Position numbers and translations under genes: made by a program. DNA of 64,000 nucleotides from an uncultured Desulfobacteraceae bacterium (GTDB lineage Bacteria > Desulfobacterota > DSM-4660 > Desulfatiglandales > B25-G16), in the NCBI GenBank assembly GCA_964549945.1, contig CAZJXD010000001.1, positions 84,346-148,345 of the forward strand, written 5' to 3'. The notes beneath the pieces were generated by a model, which was given only the letters and a program-made list of their open reading frames with translations, was not told the DNA's origin and did not search any database. This document shows, piece after piece, positions 6,419 through 15,219 of the stretch (positions are counted from its first letter, which is position 1; each line of letters starts with the position of its first letter).

Positions 6419-9400
6419 TGATAACAGCTACGATGCTTAAAAGAATCGCAATAATAGCAATCGCTCCAGGCTTTGCATTAGAGGAGTTCGCGATCTCGAT
6501 AAAACACCCCGCACTCCCTGACACCCTGGTTCCTCCATCGGATGAGGTGGAGTTGAAGCTCACGCTCAGTCCGGGAGGCGGCGGCGGCTGCTCGGTGCTC
6601 TCGGGAGTTGTGAAGGCCTCGCTCGCAGACCTCATCGAGGTGGCCGTAAAATGGCCTCCCTCGTTGTCCTTGGGAACGAGCATGACGATGTCGGCAGCTG
6701 CCTCTACTTTGATCCAGTAAGCCGTGCCGGGCTGAAGCGTGGCACCAGAGGCGCGCTGTTCGTAGCCGTTGTTCGCACCGGTCCCGGTATAGTCCCACAC
6801 ATACTGCTGGGTGAGGGTGTTGTTGGCGCTCGTGATCCAGTAGGAATTAGGCCCATCGCTCACCGCGATGTTGTCGAGCTCGATGCTTGTGGCGGGCCAG
6901 GGCAATGCCACCATGTTCCACCCCGGTGAAAGGGGCACCTCTGTGTAGTCGCCGTCTGGTGCAGGCTGACCGGAGAAGGTGATGGTATCAGTAGAGGTAC
7001 TGATCACCCAGAACCCCCTGCCCGGATATACCTCAAGGTCTGCAAAGGAGGGATCATCCATCTCGATGTAGGAGGAGGTGTCCGGATCCCACGCGAACAC
7101 CCGCCAGATCCCCTTGTCATAGATACCGAGGGCGCTCTCCATGCTCTCCCTTAACGATGAGCCGCTCGCCAGAGTTACCGGCACGGTGAACATCTGATAG
7201 TCGGTCGCCTCCCCTGTGCCCCCGGGGAGCGCGAACTCGTGGGCAATGTCTGTGATGAACTCGTAGGCCCCTATATCGTAACCTGAGCCCTTAGGCCTCG
7301 CGTAGCCGGCGTAGTCTACAGTGACCGGGTCAGTTGAATCAGTAGGGATGGCGTCAATGCAAGGAGAACCAGATTGCAGCTCGTAGCTCCCGTAGAGGGG
7401 ATCCTGGGAGATGTTGCCATTGATACCAGTTTGATTTGAGGTATCACCTCCATACTGGCCGGTGGTGTTGCCGTACACGTCGTTGTATTCAATGGTAGGG
7501 CTGCCGCCAGTGTTGTTGATGCCGTAACCTTCGAAGTTGGTGATGGTGTTATATTTGACATCAGGTGTCGCCCCTTCTCCGTGACAATAGATGCCGTCTT
7601 CCGTGCCAGCGTCGATTGTATTATGGTAGATACCAGGGCTTGCCAATTCATCCATGGCGCTCATGGTGATGCCACTTGCACCGGAGTAGATGATGTTATT
7701 GGTGATTTGAGGGCTTGCCTCTTGGGTGTAGGCCCAGATGTCTATCCCAGACCACTGATTGCCGTAGATCTCATTTCTTTGTATGGCCGGGCTACAACTC
7801 TCTACCCCGATTCCATAATATTCATGGGTGTAAATCTGATTCCGTGCAACCGTCACCCCTGAGGCGCCCCTTACCCATACTCCAATAGAGTAATAACCGG
7901 TACCGTTCTCGTGTATTTGGTTGTCCTTGATAGTAGCATCGCTCGCCGTTGATTCAATCCAGAGGCCGGTACCGTTGTCGTGAACGTTGCAGTTTTTGAC
8001 GGATGCGCCGGTTCCCTCGATGAGAAGGCCTGCTGTGGGGAAATTCGCGAGCTCGAGGTTGTAAATCCTCACGCTATCAGCATCCTGATCTATGCCGATA
8101 CCGTATCCCCACATTGAGGCATCCGTTCCATCAAGCACCGGGCTGCTCCCGCTCTCACCGATAATGGTCACGTTATCCTGAGTGATGGTGAGGGAATCGT
8201 TCGCCTCGCCGTTTGCCACGTTGTAAGTGCCGAGAGCGAGGTTCACGCTGTAAGATCCGGCGGAGCCCCCGTTAATTCGATACAGTGCGTGATGGAGCGT
8301 CTTCCAGGGAGTATCGGAGGTCCCATTGCCGGTGAGGTCATTTCCCGATAAGATATTTATATAATAAGTGCCCGGACTATAGGAAGGGTAGTCAGCGTCA
8401 TTGCTGGGATCGGTACTCAAGCCCACCTCTTCACCGTCATAGTAACCGTCGTTATCTGAGTCGGAGTCGTTGGGATCGGTGCCCTTTTGGTACTCCTGAA
8501 GATCTGTTAGGCCATCAGAGTCACTATCGGCAGTACCATCATGGCTGGTTAGATCACCGAAGTAGGTGATCTCCCAGGTATCAGGCATGCCATCGCCGTC
8601 AGAATCTAAAGCCACGAACGTGGCCGTAACGCTCTTGTTGGAGTCCATGGTGATGGTTTCAGGGTTGGTGGAGCCTGTCAGATCGCCGCTCCACCCGCTG
8701 AACGTCCAGCCCGAATCTGCTGCCGCTGTCAATGTTACCACTGTGCCTTGATCAAACGTGCTGCCGGATGGATTAAGCGTCACAGTTCCTTGACCGACAG
8801 TGGTCACTGTCAGGCCATACTGTGTGGGAGTTACCACGGACAATACATATTTCCATATCTCAGCACCCTCTGCGTTATTCCTCGTCCCCACATAAAGCCT
8901 GTTGTCATATACTGCCATGCCGTTTGCGAACTGGTTATTCTCAGGATCCCCAAAACCACTGGTGTTTACCTGGCTCCAGGTCGATCCATCATATTCCCAT
9001 ACCCCGGCGCCTGCGCTAGAGTTATACGTAGCCATATAAAGCTTGGCGTTATAATTGGCCATGCCTGCGGCAGCGGTGGTAGCCGAGCCCCAAGGGGGTG
9101 TTGCTGTGATATTGGTCCAGGTCGATCCATCATATTCCCATACCTCAGCCGCCCCACTGGAGTTTTCGGTTCCCACATAAAGCTTGCCGTTATACACGGC
9201 CATGCTCCTGGCAGCATAGTTAGCCGAGCCCCAAGGGGGTGTTGTCGTTATATTGGTCCAGGTGGACCCGTCATATTCCCATACTTGAGCGCCTGTGGAA
9301 GAGTTATATATTCCCACATAAAGCTTGCCGTTATACACGGCCATGCAATAGGCGCGATAATTGTATCCATCCCCGAAGCCAACGGTGTTCACTTGAGTCC

Positions 9401-11054
9401 AGGTTGTCCCACCATCATATCTCCAGACCCCAACCCCGGAAGCGTTGCCTACTCCGGCATAAAGCTTGTCGTTATACACGGCCATAGAATCGGCAGCGTA
9501 GTTAGATGAACTCCCAAATCCTTCGGAGTTTACCTGGTTCCAGCTTGACCCGTATTCCCATACCTCAGTGCCTGTGCTTGAGTATGTTCCCACATAAAGC
9601 TTGTCGTTATACACGGCCATGCTGTTGACGCCGGCATTATTTGCGTCCCAACTGGGCGTTACCTTAGTCCAGGCCGACCCGTATTCCCATACCTCAGCGC
9701 CCTCGAATATTCCCACATAAAGCTTGTCGTTATACACGGCCATCCGGTAGGCGGACTTACTATTTGCATCGAAGTCGCCCTCGTTTACCTGGGTCCAGAA
9801 TGCGCCTATATACTCATCAGCCCCGATGTCGTAATATTTATATGTGCCTGCACCGGTATTAGTGGTATCGGGATCGTCGTATCTTTCGTCCCCTTCAAAG
9901 TCATCAGCAGGGGCACTGCTACTTGTACCTGCATCGATGCAAGCAGAACCCGCCTGGAGATGGTGATAGTTGTCACCCAGGGCAAAAAGAGGGTCGGCGT
10001 CGATATTGCCGCCACCATCGGTACCGAACGTAGTAACCCACCCCGTACCACTGCTGCCACAACCCTCGATGTCGCTATAGCTGAAGGTCGGTGGCGAGGT
10101 GCCGTAGTTATATATCTCTGGATAGCTTAATGCAGTGTCTCCCCAGAAGATGGAGTTGGTTACTGTCGTGGCGCAATAAGAATTGTACATCCCCCCGCCA
10201 TAACCGTATAGCGTTGAATTTTCGGTGAAGGTGCAGTTCATCAGGGAAGGGGAGAGTGATTCCTCGTTATACATCCCACCGCCACCTCCGCTGTCTCCCG
10301 AGTTCCCGCTGAAGATACAGTTAGTTATTGTCGGGGACGAAGAAAGATTATACATCCCGCCACCGCTTAGTGCAGAATTATCTTTAAATGTGCAATTAGT
10401 CACCGTCGGCGAGGCGTTAACGTAGTTGCACATCCCACCGCCGCTTCCGCTCGCGGTATTATTTTTGAACATGCAATTAGTCACCGTCGGCGAGGCGGGG
10501 TACATGGAGCCGTAGTTGCACATTCCAGCACCGCAACAATTAGATGAGTTTCCGGTGAAGATGCAGTTTGCCACCGTGGGGGAGACGCCATCGTTTAACA
10601 TGCCGCCACCTTTGTCATCTGGAGCCGAAGTTCCATTTGCATTTCCGCCGGTGATGGTAAAGCCGTCAATGGTGGCATCGTCAGCGCCCGTAACCACATG
10701 CAAGACGCTGTTTTGACCGTCAATGGTGGTGACATTGTTAGCCCAGTCCCGCTGATTCAGATCCGTCTCGGTCCCGGCAAACCCACCATAGAGGTCCACC
10801 CAAGATTTCAAGGTGATGCTCTCAGTATAGGTGCCTGCTTTGACCCAGATTTGCTTGCCGGTTGTGGCAGCACTGAGTGCAGCTGCGATTGTTGTGTAGG
10901 CATCACTCCACGAGAGACCATTATTTGCACCAGTGGCGTTCTTATCTACATATATCGGAGTGATGACCACTGCCTGGCAAATAGGTGATGAAATGAGAGT
11001 GAACAGGAAGGCTATAAAGATAAGAAATTTAATATGGCGTATTTGTGCTTTCAT
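6387..11054 (-). CDS. 1,555-aa secreted mosaic surface protein (beta-helix / 7-blade propeller / B-repeat / TSP3-like / beta-helix / C-terminal TM tail)
   Basis: It has a signal peptide MKAQIRHIKFLIFIAFLFTLISSPICQA. Residues ~30-390 are a parallel beta-helix with about six Pmp-like repeats (SPTVTNCxFxxNS...GGGMxN). Residues ~418-737 hold seven MAVYNxKLYVG...EVWEYDGSTW repeats. Residues ~746-813 (YGLTVTTVGQGTVTLNP...FSGWSGDL) are an InlB B-repeat/Listeria-Bacteroides-type domain. Residues ~816-885 are Asp-rich DxDxDG calcium-binding-like repeats. Residues ~895-1200 are a second NosD-like beta-helix. The protein ends ...SGSAGCFIEIANSSNAKPGAIAIIAILLSIVAVIITALVRVKKG. Confidence 0.9.
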   Translation of the reverse strand: MKAQIRHIKFLIFIAFLFTLISSPICQAVVITPIYVDKNATGANNGLSWSDAYTTIAAALSAATTGKQIWVKAGTYTESITLKSWVDLYGGFAGTETDLNQRDWANNVTTIDGQNSVLHVVTGADDATIDGFTITGGNANGTSAPDDKGGGMLNDGVSPTVANCIFTGNSSNCCGAGMCNYGSMYPASPTVTNCMFKNNTASGSGGGMCNYVNASPTVTNCTFKDNSALSGGGMYNLSSSPTITNCIFSGNSGDSGGGGGMYNEESLSPSLMNCTFTENSTLYGYGGGMYNSYCATTVTNSIFWGDTALSYPEIYNYGTSPPTFSYSDIEGCGSSGTGWVTTFGTDGGGNIDADPLFALGDNYHHLQAGSACIDAGTSSSAPADDFEGDERYDDPDTTNTGAGTYKYYDIGADEYIGAFWTQVNEGDFDANSKSAYRMAVYNDKLYVGIFEGAEVWEYGSAWTKVTPSWDANNAGVNSMAVYNDKLYVGTYSSTGTEVWEYGSSWNQVNSEGFGSSSNYAADSMAVYNDKLYAGVGNASGVGVWRYDGGTTWTQVNTVGFGDGYNYRAYCMAVYNGKLYVGIYNSSTGAQVWEYDGSTWTNITTTPPWGSANYAARSMAVYNGKLYVGTENSSGAAEVWEYDGSTWTNITATPPWGSATTAAAGMANYNAKLYMATYNSSAGAGVWEYDGSTWSQVNTSGFGDPENNQFANGMAVYDNRLYVGTRNNAEGAEIWKYVLSVVTPTQYGLTVTTVGQGTVTLNPSGSTFDQGTVVTLTAAADSGWTFSGWSGDLTGSTNPETITMDSNKSVTATFVALDSDGDGMPDTWEITYFGDLTSHDGTADSDSDGLTDLQEYQKGTDPNDSDSDNDGYYDGEEVGLSTDPSNDADYPSYSPGTYYINILSGNDLTGNGTSDTPWKTLHHALYRINGGSAGSYSVNLALGTYNVANGEANDSLTITQDNVTIIGESGSSPVLDGTDASMWGYGIGIDQDADSVRIYNLELANFPTAGLLIEGTGASVKNCNVHDNGTGLWIESTASDATIKDNQIHENGTGYYSIGVWVRGASGVTVARNQIYTHEYYGIGVESCSPAIQRNEIYGNQWSGIDIWAYTQEASPQITNNIIYSGASGITMSAMDELASPGIYHNTIDAGTEDGIYCHGEGATPDVKYNTITNFEGYGINNTGGSPTIEYNDVYGNTTGQYGGDTSNQTGINGNISQDPLYGSYELQSGSPCIDAIPTDSTDPVTVDYAGYARPKGSGYDIGAYEFITDIAHEFALPGGTGEATDYQMFTVPVTLASGSSLRESMESALGIYDKGIWRVFAWDPDTSSYIEMDDPSFADLEVYPGRGFWVISTSTDTITFSGQPAPDGDYTEVPLSPGWNMVALPWPATSIELDNIAVSDGPNSYWITSANNTLTQQYVWDYTGTGANNGYEQRASGATLQPGTAYWIKVEAAADIVMLVPKDNEGGHFTATSMRSASEAFTTPESTEQPPPPPGLSVSFNSTSSDGGTRVSGSAGCFIEIANSSNAKPGAIAIIAILLSIVAVIITALVRVKKG
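8844..9803 (-). repeat. Seven tandem coding repeats (period 123-144 bp) encoding the propeller blades
   Basis: The DNA word cataaagcttg(c/t)cgttatacacggccat recurs at 9176, 9317, 9458, 9593 and 9716, with degenerate copies near 8892 and 9035. At protein level there are 7 MAVYN-type blades. Confidence 0.8.
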
Positions 11055-11105
11055 CCTAATCCCCTTACCCTAAGCGAAAAAAAGGCGTATTTGCATACTT
11101 ATTGC

Positions 11106-11981
11106 TTACCCTGACGGCGGTTCTGGCGGACCCGGCAGTGTGGTCGTTGTCGTTGTTGTTGCTTCGGGCGTTGTGCTGGTCGTGGTCGTCGTGGTCGTTG
11201 TGCTGGTCGTGGTAGTAGTGGTCGTTGTGGTCGTCGTCGTGGTCGTCGTGGTAGAGGTTGTGGTGGTTGCTTCAGAGGTCGGAGTTTCTTCAGTCGTGGT
11301 CTCCTCTGTGGTCCCAAGTTCGGTTGTTACAGGGGCAGTTGGCACCTCCTCGAGCCCTTCCTGGAGCTCTTTGAGTTGATCCTCGGTCATGAGGATGGGC
11401 TTCGAGGGCGCCTCCCCTCCTATAATATCAGTCACAAGATCCTTGGTGAGCACGATATATTCCTCGGGTCTCAAAGCATTGGCCACCTCAATAACGTCTT
11501 CAAAACAGACTACCTTGGTGATGGTATCCGACTGGACCCACACCAGGAACAGGGTGCCCCGGACGCCCACAACTGCCGTTGGTGTTCCCACCTTGAAGCC
11601 CCTTTCCCTGAATCCGATTAGTTTCTTAGCGAAGACCCGAAGCTTTCCCATGGCCACTCTGAAAAATGCGCTCCTCTTTTTCTCCTTGGGGAGAAATGAG
11701 AAGTCATCCAGGGAGAGATCCGCATTTTTCCCCATGCTCAGGATACTGCCGTCTAGGAGCTCGATCCTCACGGCTGAATTATCGCCAGTCCTCACCCTGT
11801 CGTGCAGGTTCAAAGGAATGCCCACATACGCGGTAATGGGGCTGGGAACTTCCTCCCGGAATATCTGGGCTTCGCCCTTGAGCTTGGAGATATTTCCGAC
11901 CAGCTGAGCGGCCTGGGCGGAAAGGGGCAGTACTATTGCCAAAAAGAGAATCCCGATTATGAAATATATTGCTCTTTTCAT
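11106..11981 (-). CDS. Secreted FecR-domain protein with poly-Thr C-terminal tail
   Basis: The track ORF is 11106..12050. The second Met (MKRAIYFIIGILFLAIVLPLSAQA) gives a clean signal peptide and has an AAAGGGA purine tract upstream, so I prefer 11981 as the start. The FecR core is KVGTPTAVVGVRGTLFLVWV. The tail is TTTTSTTTTTTTTTTTTTTTTSTTTTTTTTSTT...LPGPPEPPSG. Confidence 0.8.
   Translation of the reverse strand: MKRAIYFIIGILFLAIVLPLSAQAAQLVGNISKLKGEAQIFREEVPSPITAYVGIPLNLHDRVRTGDNSAVRIELLDGSILSMGKNADLSLDDFSFLPKEKKRSAFFRVAMGKLRVFAKKLIGFRERGFKVGTPTAVVGVRGTLFLVWVQSDTITKVVCFEDVIEVANALRPEEYIVLTKDLVTDIIGGEAPSKPILMTEDQLKELQEGLEEVPTAPVTTELGTTEETTTEETPTSEATTTTSTTTTTTTTTTTTTTTTSTTTTTTTTSTTPEATTTTTTTLPGPPEPPSG
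11139..11335 (-). repeat. Low-complexity (ACN)n tract encoding the Thr-rich linker
   Basis: The plus strand reads ggtcgttgtcgttgttgttgc...gtggtcgtcgtggtcgtcgtggt. All three reverse and forward frames give homopolymer-like peptides: poly-T in the real frame, and poly-V and R/P-rich in the spurious ORFs 11140..11379 and 11099..11317. Confidence 0.85.
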
Positions 11982-12083
11982 GGAACAATCCCTTTTCTCG
12001 CTTTGGGCATTTGAGCTCACCAAAAAACTAGCCTGGCTTCTCTTTGCCATAAGTTGAAATAATAATGTAGGTTACAAGAAAAA

Positions 12084-12115
12084 GACAATACGCATATAGT
12101 ATGATTTTCCTCGTA
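12084..12115 (-). promoter_or_regulatory. Conserved box, copy B (upstream of the FecR-2/giant-protein operon)
   Basis: The box acaatacgcatatagtatgattttcctcgtat lies 34 nt from the 12050 ATG and ~103 nt from the preferred 11981 start. It keeps the outer AATACG/CGTATT inverted repeat. Confidence 0.45.
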
Positions 12116-12151
12116 TTATAGTATTAAGACTTTAAACACCTTTTATCTTTT

Positions 12152-13726
12152 CTAGAACAGAGCCATGATCATAAGGCCGTATACGTTCTTTTTGAATTTA
12201 TAGGGGTCTATGCCGTTGCTCGACACATTGGAGTCGCTGTGGGTATAGCTGTAAGAAAATGCGAGTTGAAAAATATCAGAGAGCGGCTTGGCAATAGAGA
12301 GTGCGAGGATATATTTCTTATCCTCACGTTCCCCGGTGAGTGTGTAAAATGGATTGCTGTGGAATGCGGTTTTCTCATAGGTCAGCGAGATGTCACCCCG
12401 GGTTTTCCACCAAGGAAGGGCCGATGCGATGCCCAGGAGGAGCTGATGGTATTTATACGAGTAGATGCTCTGATCGGCATCCTCTGAACCATACTTGTAT
12501 CCCGCCCTTGGATAGATTTCCTTGTTTGAAAATTGATAATACTGAACGATTCCAATAGAAAATTGATCGGCATCGGAGGTGACGTGATCGAGGTAATCCA
12601 TGTCCTGGTATGCAAAGGTGATTTCGCTCTTCAGGTTATGCGGTTCAACGATGGTGAGCGTGGGGCTGAGGGCGTGCATCTTGAGCTTCTTGTCCGAGTC
12701 GCTTCCGAAGGTTAAATAAAACCCCATATCCTGCCCGTTTTCCTTTCCCCCGGTACGATAGTAGCTGAATTCATAAGGGAGCCTGAAATAGAAGGGATGG
12801 CGGTTATAGTTGAGGTAGAGGTGGGGGATATGCCCGATGATATTGCTATCTACAAGATCCCTGTACCCGGTACAGTACAGGGAATATCCCGCTCCCAATT
12901 CAAGGTCCTTTCTGTTGAGCAGTTTGTATCCGCCCCTTATGATGAGGGTCTGGAAGAAATCGGCCTCATCCAGGGTCTCGCCCGTTGGCGAGACAATTGC
13001 GGCCTGCTCCAGGGCCTTCTGGAGTACATTGTCGTCATAGGACAAGGTAAATGAGCCCGAAAGATACCATGGCCTTCGCGCTTTCTTGGCCCCCCTCGCG
13101 TTCACGATCGCCTGCCGGGCATTCTGGGCAACGGAGGTGTCGGGATTCACCTCAATGGACTTGGCGAACATCTCCTCTGCCTTATCAAAGGCCTCGGCCT
13201 CAAAATACGCCGCACCGATGTTGTAGTAAATGAGCTGGAGCATCTTTGGCTCCAGATCCTTTGCCTTATTGAAATTCTGTATGGCGAGATCATACTTCTT
13301 GATTTTCTGAAAGGCATAGCCCTTCTCGAGGTAGACCCGGACGTCTTTTGGGGCAATCTCTTCCACAAGGGAGAGGGTATCGATGGCCTTCTGATACTGC
13401 TTTTGCTTTGAATAGACGGCTGCGATCTCGAAATATGCCTTCCGAAATGTAACGGGTTCTCTCTCCACGATCTTCCCGAACACCTCGAGTGCTTCCTCAT
13501 ACTTCCCCATCGCGCTGTAGGTGAGGCCGAGGTAGTATTGAAACTCGAGGTTTCCAGGCTCAAGCTCAATGGCCTTTTTAAGGGAATTTATGGCCTCCTG
13601 ATAAGAACCGCTTTCATAGGCCTCAACCCCGTCCACGAAGTGATTCATGGCGTTTTGCTGGGCTGAGGCGGTAACTGGAAGGAGAAGAAATGAAAAAAGG
13701 ATGAAGATAAAGGCAAGGTTTCTCAT
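12152..13726 (-). CDS. Outer-membrane protein: N-terminal TPR domain + C-terminal beta-barrel
   Basis: The ORF is 524 aa with a signal peptide MRNLAFIFILFSFLLLPVTASA. About 200 aa of TPR repeats are followed by ~310 aa of alternating hydrophobic/aromatic strands rich in Y/G/D. It ends in ...YGLMIMALF, a terminal Phe typical of OMP barrels. Confidence 0.8.
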   Translation of the reverse strand: MRNLAFIFILFSFLLLPVTASAQQNAMNHFVDGVEAYESGSYQEAINSLKKAIELEPGNLEFQYYLGLTYSAMGKYEEALEVFGKIVEREPVTFRKAYFEIAAVYSKQKQYQKAIDTLSLVEEIAPKDVRVYLEKGYAFQKIKKYDLAIQNFNKAKDLEPKMLQLIYYNIGAAYFEAEAFDKAEEMFAKSIEVNPDTSVAQNARQAIVNARGAKKARRPWYLSGSFTLSYDDNVLQKALEQAAIVSPTGETLDEADFFQTLIIRGGYKLLNRKDLELGAGYSLYCTGYRDLVDSNIIGHIPHLYLNYNRHPFYFRLPYEFSYYRTGGKENGQDMGFYLTFGSDSDKKLKMHALSPTLTIVEPHNLKSEITFAYQDMDYLDHVTSDADQFSIGIVQYYQFSNKEIYPRAGYKYGSEDADQSIYSYKYHQLLLGIASALPWWKTRGDISLTYEKTAFHSNPFYTLTGEREDKKYILALSIAKPLSDIFQLAFSYSYTHSDSNVSSNGIDPYKFKKNVYGLMIMALF

Positions 13727-13836
13727 TTGTAGCTCCCGCTTGCTGGGCCATGGATTTTCAATAGATTTTTAAAAATACTATTGGAACAATTTACCTGTCA
13801 AGCAATAAAATCGCCGCGTATAAATATAGTACTATT

Positions 13837-15204
13837 CTAATGAACAAAACCAGTAAAAAGCCTGATCTGGCGGATCAAGGAACTCGGGCTTCTATGCTTG
13901 AGACGCGATAGTATATAGGGGAGCCTCATGTAGTACGATAGGTAGGATCTGCGAACCACGTTATCCAGGAAAAGGGGATCGTGATCCGCGCAGTGAGGGG
14001 GAAAGCTCATATCGCCGTTATGCCAATCCTTTGATGGCTGCACCTTAAAACTGATACCGGTACCCGGGTATGGTGTGGCCATATGAAAGGACGCGTAGGT
14101 TGGATTGAGCTCCTTGGCGAAGTTGAGCGTTTCTTCCATTTCCGAGGGCAGCTCCCCTGGAAAACCGAGCATGAAGAAACAGGCGGTTTCTATGCCCGCT
14201 TCCCTCGTGAGGCGGATTCCCCGCCGTATTTCCTCGGGATTGATCCTCTTGTTTGTGCCATCCAATACTCTTGGTGACCCGGATTCAACCCCGAAATGGA
14301 TGAGCCTGCACCCTGCCCGTTTCATATGCTCCAGAAGCTCAGGATCCACCGCATCAGCCCTTGTCTGGCAGCACCAATAAAAGGGAAAGCTTCGGTTGAT
14401 AAGCCCAGCGTATATCTCCATGGCATGTGACCTGTTGGCGGTGAACTCCAGATCTATGAAGTATCCGTAACATGGCCCGGCAATCGAAGTCGCCCTCTCG
14501 ATTTCCGCCATGACATGTTCGGTGGGCTTCATGCGAACTCCTTTTGGGTACATTACCTTCAGACAGAAGCTACACTCATAGGGGCATCCCCTTGAGGCCT
14601 CAAACAGCAGAAAGGGCCTTCCCATCAGCTCATAGAAGTATCTGGAGGGATCGATCAGGTGAAATGAGGGAATGGGGAAATCCTTGAGGTTCGCAGGGCG
14701 TGGAGCGCTCGTGAAAAAGGGTTTGCCGTCTTTTCTGAATACCAGGCCGGGCACGGTACTCCAATCTTTCTGGGTTACCAGGGAGAGAAGTGTTTCCTCC
14801 GGCTCGCCTATTATCACTGCTCTGGCCTTGGTTTGGAGGAGCATTTCCCCGGGGAAGAGGGACCCGTGGGCGCCCATGATCAGCAGCTTTTCAGATGGAA
14901 GGGATCTTGCAAGTTCAACAAAATACCCAACCTCCAGATTCGGGCACTGCCATCTGTCCAAAGGGGAGGATGTGAGACCGATCCAATCGGATTCTCGGGC
15001 CAATCGAACTGCCTTTTCCCTCCATTTATGATCAACTCTGCCGTCCACAATGTGTACGTGAAGGCCCTCTTTTTCGAGAAGCGAAGCGCAAATCAAAAGG
15101 CTAAGCGGGGGCCAAGCCCGGTTGAAGCGTCGCCCCTTCTGACTGATTCTCCTACCCCAGCCGGGATTAATGAGCAGTATGTTTTTTAGGTTTGTTGAGT
15201 TCAT
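13837..15204 (-). CDS. B12-binding-domain radical SAM protein
   Basis: The ORF is 455 aa. The N-terminal ILLINPGWG...LLICASLLEKEGLHVHIVD is a Rossmann-like cobalamin-binding domain. ASRGCPYECSFC is the CxxxCxxC radical SAM cluster motif. Confidence 0.85.
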   Translation of the reverse strand: MNSTNLKNILLINPGWGRRISQKGRRFNRAWPPLSLLICASLLEKEGLHVHIVDGRVDHKWREKAVRLARESDWIGLTSSPLDRWQCPNLEVGYFVELARSLPSEKLLIMGAHGSLFPGEMLLQTKARAVIIGEPEETLLSLVTQKDWSTVPGLVFRKDGKPFFTSAPRPANLKDFPIPSFHLIDPSRYFYELMGRPFLLFEASRGCPYECSFCLKVMYPKGVRMKPTEHVMAEIERATSIAGPCYGYFIDLEFTANRSHAMEIYAGLINRSFPFYWCCQTRADAVDPELLEHMKRAGCRLIHFGVESGSPRVLDGTNKRINPEEIRRGIRLTREAGIETACFFMLGFPGELPSEMEETLNFAKELNPTYASFHMATPYPGTGISFKVQPSKDWHNGDMSFPPHCADHDPLFLDNVVRRSYLSYYMRLPYILSRLKHRSPSSLIRQIRLFTGFVH

Positions 15205-15219
15205 TAGGTTTGTTGAGTT

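Noticed and set aside
8748-9509. 253-aa plus-strand ORF with internal repeats
   Set aside because: It is antisense to the propeller-repeat region of the giant gene. Its periodicity simply mirrors the coding repeats on the other strand.
8844-10620. Regularly spaced direct repeats that could be mistaken for a CRISPR array
   Set aside because: The repeats are 66-144 bp units inside one long ORF and translate into protein repeats (Pmp-like and propeller blades). There are no unique spacers, no leader and no cas genes.
11099-11379. ORFs encoding poly-Val (11140..11379, +) and an Arg/Pro/Gln-rich peptide (11099..11317, -)
   Set aside because: These are alternative frames of the (ACN)n tract that encodes the poly-Thr tail of the FecR-2 protein. 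Only the Thr frame is continuous with a real domain.
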